The position numbers and the translations under genes were made by a program. A stretch of DNA of 64,000 nucleotides from Phaeosaccion multiseriatum (lineage: Eukaryota > Protista > Ochrophyta, other classes). The stretch covers positions 124,001-188,000 of the forward strand of contig OZ218953.1 in assembly GCA_965112735.1 (NCBI GenBank). The letters are read 5' to 3'. The notes beneath the pieces are model-generated. The model was not told where the DNA came from, made no database searches, and saw nothing but the letters and a program-made list of their open reading frames with translations. Of this stretch, positions 58,416-64,000 are shown one piece after another (positions within the stretch are counted from its first letter, which is position 1; each line of letters begins with the position of its first letter).

Positions 58416-61400
58416 CACCGGCAAAGGGAAAGAAAAGAAGAGTTCCGGCACTCAACACCGTGGACACTGTCGGCACTCAACACCAGACACAGTCTCCCTA
58501 TCTCTCCTTCCCTCGCCCACGAGGACCCCGGCACTCAACACCAGGCGGGTCCCCTTGGCCGACACAAGCGCTCTGTCCGGGCCCAGGACAAGAGGCTCGC
58601 TTTCCACCACACCAGTATCTACTCTCCTCCTTGACAGTGTGCTCCACTCTTCCTGGGCTCTGTCTCCGCCGCCTCAGTAAGTGACAGCACACGCCAAGGT
58701 CTCTCCTCTTCTGAAAAATCTAAATTCCCTGCTGCACTGACATACTGTACATCTCTCCAGAGGGGACCCCCCCCCTTGGGGCGGTACCAAGCACCTACGC
58801 TGACGCTTCGCCCTGCTGGCTCCCATGTCTCCCACCTCTTCCTCGTCTCTGTTCCGCGAGAAACAAAGTTCCGTTGCTGCGCTGCTGAACAGGCTTTCGC
58901 GCCGTCGCGGCGCTCGGGCGAAGGTGGGAAGCCAGTGAGAGGCCTCCTCCCTTCAGTCGTAGGCGAGGGCCCGGGAGATGTCCGACTCCCGCTCCAAGGC
59001 GTCGCAGTATGCAAGCTGAGGACTATCCACATCCACGCCGTAGCCGGCTGTTCGAGGCCAAGAGGAATAGGGTTGGACTCCCAAGTGGCCACCTGCTCCG
59101 CAGGTGGAGAGGTCGTGGACCAGGGGTAGCTAACGTTGGGGGAAGGACTCATCATTAGTAGGGGGGGGCAGTCCCGTGAGGGACTCCCACCTTGGGAGCG
59201 CAGAGCGCCTCCAAGGGGGCCGCCTCCATGGAGGGAGGCGGGCACCGGGTTTCGGATGTAGTGGAGCTTGGGGTGCCACCGCAGTGAGCACCCCAAGTCC
59301 CGCTTCACCCCCACCCATCCGAGTACCCACCGGTGCGCTGCGAGGGTGCAGCAGCACCTGCCCCAGCCTAGTCGGGAGCCCACTCTCCCGATCGTAGTCG
59401 GCCGGTACACAAAACACAAAGATACACAAACATTCATACGCACACAGACATAATAATACACATACAGGGGCAACAGTAGACACAGACGCACACCAGTACA
59501 CACACACATACAAACACCCGCCGCGTGTACCGGTGTAGGGCTGCTGGTGCTGTTGCCAAGGGCTGCGCTCCCCGCTGCTGGGGGAGGAATGATGGCGAGG
59601 GAGGAGCCGCTGGTGTCGCCACGGGCAGAGTCAGTGTCCTTTGAAGAGGTCCCTTCGCACGCCCCCTGCTGACCATCACACACCCCCCACTCGCTTGGGA
59701 TGGTGTGCTGGGGGGGGGGCGAGCCACTGAGCGAAATACACTGCGCAGTCCTCTGGCACGGCGGGTGGAAGCAGCAAAGCGCGCCCAAACCAGCAAATTC
59801 GGATTCTTTTCGGAATCACAGATCCAAAAGTGTCCATATATCCAACCCCTGTAGAAAAGCCGAAAATGCCCTCACAGAAGCGCTCATGTTTTCCGCTCCA
59901 AGCTCTTCGAACATCAACTCGTAGAAGTTACCCTTCTGCACACGCCGTACCAAGACCACTCTGCTGCGATTCCAACCGTCCGCCGTGGACTTCCGCTGTA
60001 CCAGCTGAGCAATACAGCGAATGCCAAACACCTCGGTGCTGCGGGCCCGAAAAATGAACCAGTCCAATATCTCAAGCGCGGCGGCACCAATCCCTCGACC
60101 ACCGAGCACGATAGCAAGAGGGTAGTCCATCCATACTACCGGAAGTAAGTCGTGCAAGCAGAGCGAGCCACAAGCCCTGTTCTCTCCCATCCTCCATGTT
60201 CACACCGCTCACGAGCCCCAACGCCGAAAAAACCATCACCTTCTCTTCTGCATCACAGGCAGGCCCCGACTTCCACTCCATAGCTGTTGTGAACGAACAA
60301 ACATCATGCTTCCGCCGTCCATTACAGATAAGTAGCCAGATTGCTCAATGCCCCAATTTCCTTCAGCACCGGACGACGTACATCGCCGTACACTCCGTAG
60401 ACGGTCACCAAACGCTGCCGTACCTCCCGAAATGCGAGTACCGTACACTCCCAATGCCGCCTTCCAATTCTCAATTCCCCCTCGTATGCTGTGCCTCTCT
60501 TGTCGCCCATCGGTTCGCTGTTATGGCCACAGGTCCCATATCCGCTCCACACGCAAACTCGAGGCGCCAACCACGATCAAAGGGCTCTCCGGTTCCTTCC
60601 AACAGCCCGAATAGCTGCCTTCGCATCCATGCTGCCACCTTTGACGCTCGTACTATTTGCTTTGCGGTTGCTGTTTGTCCTGAGAGCTGAGCCTCCATCG
60701 GACCCCCCCCCTCCCCCTCCCATGCGTTCGAGATGGTGAGGGAGGTACAGCTGTAGTCCGTCTCCTTCCCTTCGCCGCTCCTCGGCCCGATATGTCTCTC
60801 GGATGTAGCTGCCGGAGGTGAGCTGTGCGAGCTCCCGTATCGAAGGTCAGCTACGCCCCCACCCATCCAGAGAGACTGCAGGCAAGCTCAGTGGCGACCC
60901 CGTACGCCTCCTTCTGGCCATACTGCTGTTGTAGGTGGGAGACACTCCAACAACAAGGGAGGTACACTTAAACACGCAGACGTACACAAACATTCACAGG
61001 CACACAGATATAGACAAAGGCACAATACAGGGACACCAGCACCCACAAACGCACACTAGCACACACAGACGCAGACCAGCACACACAGATACAAACACAC
61101 ATCGTGTGTAGGGGCAGTGACCACGGCTGCTGTTGCCTAGGACTGCCCCGCCCGCCGTTGAGGGCCGGAATGGCGAGGGATGAGCCGCTGTTGTCACCGC
61201 GCGCAGAGCCAGCCTCCTTTGCGGAGGAGGCGCATATTCGCACGCCAAACACAGGAAATACGCACCCTACACACAGAAACACCGTCCGGACATACACACA
61301 CAAACATACAGACAAACACCTGGAAGAGCTAAGGGGCCTGCCGTCACCCGGGAGCCCCTTTCGTCTCGTAAAAAGACAAAAAATGCCGTGGACCACACCC

Positions 61401-62076
61401 CCCAAACCTTGGGCCACGGGAGAGAGGACAGGGCGGAGAGATGAGTAGGGCGTCGGCCTCAACACCGGACGCGGATCCTACGGCGATACCAGCAAGGAAG
61501 AAAGGGCGAAGAGGGCAAAAGGCGCCGGCACTCAACACCGGGGCGGCGGTCGGCACTCAACACCAGACACCGCTCCTAAGCCGTAGAGCCCCACAACACC
61601 GGCAAAGGGAAAGAAAAGAAGAGTTCCGGCACTCAACACCGTGGACACTGTCGGCACTCAACACCAGACACAGTCTCCCTATCTCTCCTTCCCTCGCCCA
61701 CGAGGACCCCGGCACTCAACACCAGGCGGGTCCCCTTGGCCGACACAAGCGCTCTGTCCGGGCCCAGGACAAGAGGCTCGCTTTCCACCACACCAGTATC
61801 TACTCTCCTCCTTGACAGTGTGCTCCACTCTTCCTGGGCTCTGTCTCCGCCGCCTCAGTAAGTGACAGCACACGCCAAGGTCTCTCCTCTTCTGAAAAAT
61901 CTAAATTCCCTGCTGCACTGACATACTGTACATCTCTCCAGAGGGGACCCCCCCCCTTGGGGCGGTACCAAGCACCTACGCTGACGCTTCGCCCTGCTGG
62001 CTCCCATGTCTCCCACCTCTTCCTCGTCTCTGTTCCGCGAGAAACAAAGTTCCGTTGCTGCGCTGCTGAACAGGCT
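58416..62076 (-). mobile_element. Element X inverted copy 3 (58896-62076) plus a tandem truncated 5' piece (58416-58895)
   Basis: 3916-bp offset from copy 2; same terminal sequences. Confidence 0.75.
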
Positions 62077-64000
62077 GTGTTGGGTCGAGCGAAGGGCGAG
62101 ATTGGGCCTTTCGAGCCCAACCCATGCCCTGTTTGGCGCCATTCCAGCTAGCAAGTGTCTGGCTCGGGCGATTCGTGCTCGACCCATGCCCGATGTAGGC
62201 ACTTCGTGGCCAGCAAATGCCTCGTTTCGGATGCTTGTGCCCTTCAAAGGCCCGCTTGGGGCGTGTTGGGTCGAGCGAAGAGCAAGATTGGGCCTATGTC
62301 CTGTTTGGCGTCATTCCAGCTAGCAAGTGTCTGGCTCGGGCGATTCGTGCTCGACCCATGCCCGACGTAGGCACTTCGTGGCCAGCAAATGCCTCGTTTC
62401 GGATGCTTGTGCCCTTCAAAGGCCCGCTTGGGGCGTGTTGGGTCGAGCGAAGGGCAAGATTGGGCCTTTCGAGCCCAGCCCATGCCCTGTTTGGCGTCAT
62501 TCCAGCTAGCAAGTGTCTGGCTCGGGCGATTCGTGCTCGACCCATGCCCGATGTGGGCACTTCGTGGCCAGCAAATGCCTCGTTTCGGCTGCTTGTGCCC
62601 TTCAAAGGCCCGCTTGGGGCGTGTTGGGTCGAGCGAAGGGCGAGATTGGGCCTTTCGAGCCCAGTCCATGCCCTGTTTGTCGCCATTCCATCTAGCAAGT
62701 GTCTGGCTCGGGCGATTCGTGCTCGACCCATGCCCGACGTAGGCACTTCGTGGCCAGCAAATGCCTCGTTTCGGATGCTTGTGCCCTTCAAAGGCCCGCT
62801 TGGCTGCGTGTTGGGTCGAGCGAAGGGCAAGATTGGGCCTTTCGAGCCCAGCCCATGCCCTGTTTGGCGTCATTCCAGCTAGCAAGTGTCTGGCTCGGGC
62901 GATTCGTGCTCGACCCATGCCCGATGTGGGCACTTCGTGGCCAGCAAATGCCTCGTTTCGGCTGCTTGTGCCCTTCAAAGGCCCGCTTGGGGCGTGTTGG
63001 GTCGAGCGAAGGGCGAGATTGGGCCTTTCGAGCCCAACCCATGCCCTGTTTGGCGCCATTCCAGCTAGCAAGTGTCTGGCTCGGGCGATTCGTGCTCGAC
63101 CCATGCCCGATGTAGGCACTTCGTGGCCAGCAAATGCCTCGTTTCGGATGCTTGTGCCCTTCCAAGGCCCGCTTGGGGCGTGTTGGGTCGAGCGAAGAGC
63201 AAGATTGGGCCTATGTCCTGTTTGGCGTCATTCCAGCTAGCAAGTGTCTGAGTTGGGCCTTTCGTGCTCGACCCATGCCCGATGTAGGCACTTCGTGGCC
63301 AGCAAATGCCTCGTTTCGGATGCTTGTGCCCTTCCAAGGCCCGCTTGGGGGGCGTGTTGGCTGGGTCGAGCGAAGGGCGAGATTGGGCCTTTCGAGCCCA
63401 GTCCATGCCCTGTTTGGCGCCATTCCAGCTAGCAAGTGTCTGGCTCGGGCGATTCGTGCTCGACCCATGCCTGATGTGGGCACTTCGTGGCCAGCAAATG
63501 CCTCGTTTCGGATGCTTGTGCCCTTCCAAGGCCCGCTTGGGGCGTGTTGGGTCGAGCGAAGAGCAAGATTGGGCCTTTTGAGCCCAGTCCATGCCCTGTT
63601 TGGCGCCATTCCAGCTAGCAAGTGTCTGGCTCGGGCGATTCGTGCTCGACCCATGCCCGATGTGGGCACTTCGTGGCCAGCAAATGCCTCGTTTCGGATG
63701 CTTGTGCCCTTCCAAGGCCCGCTTGGGGCGTGTTGGGTCGAGCGAAGAGCAAGATTGGGCCTTTTGAGCCCAGTCCATGCCCTGTTTGGCGTCATTCCAG
63801 CTAGCAAGTGTCTGAGTTGGGCCTTTCGTGCTCGACCCATGCCCGATGTAGGCACTTCGTGGCCAGCAAATGCCTCGTTTCGGATGCTTGTGCCCTTCAA
63901 ATGCCCGTTTGGGGGGCGTGTTGGCTGGGTCGAGCGAAGGGCGAGATTGGGCCTTTCGAGCCCAGTCCATGCCGTGTTTGGCGCCATTCCAGCTAGCAAG
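62077..64000 (-). repeat. 186-bp satellite array, minus orientation, running off the window
   Basis: Reverse-complement monomers, including the 192-bp variant and a short-deletion variant. Confidence 0.97.

Noticed and set aside
48330-62076. Protein-coding genes, LTR pair or canonical Helitron in X/Y
   Set aside because: ORFs are short, differ between copies and lack recognisable domains; no TG..CA ends or TSD; no TC..CTRR ends

Overview
Eukaryotic nuclear DNA: GC-rich, with GT-AG introns that often carry microsatellites. It is probably a stramenopile, inferred from a protein carrying the CDxMRISKKF motif that I know from diatoms and oomycetes. The window has two sharply separated domains. 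(1) About 1.1-30.8 kb is gene-dense, with 12 spliced genes: FIS1, a Myb-like unknown protein, succinyl-CoA ligase beta, ATAD1/Msp1, eIF3g, a PX-like protein, NAR1/CIAO3, RPL13, RPS8, a DENN+ENTH protein, PFAS and a TEY MAP kinase. Several are head-to-head pairs. (2) About 31.3-64 kb has no intact gene I can recognise. It starts with nested, non-autonomous TIR elements whose ends read TCG(A/G)CC, mostly flanked by 6-bp direct repeats. Two copies of a composite element carry kilobase (GGGA)n arrays. A solo LTR and a decayed PHD-finger ORF are also present. The rest is a 186-bp satellite with a 936-bp higher-order repeat. It is interleaved with a 3.2-kb non-coding element that has fixed ends, no TSD and head-to-tail tandem copies, and the whole block switches strand at 53125/53126 (centromere-like). 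Exon boundaries were read by eye and CDS spans include introns. No database searches were run.
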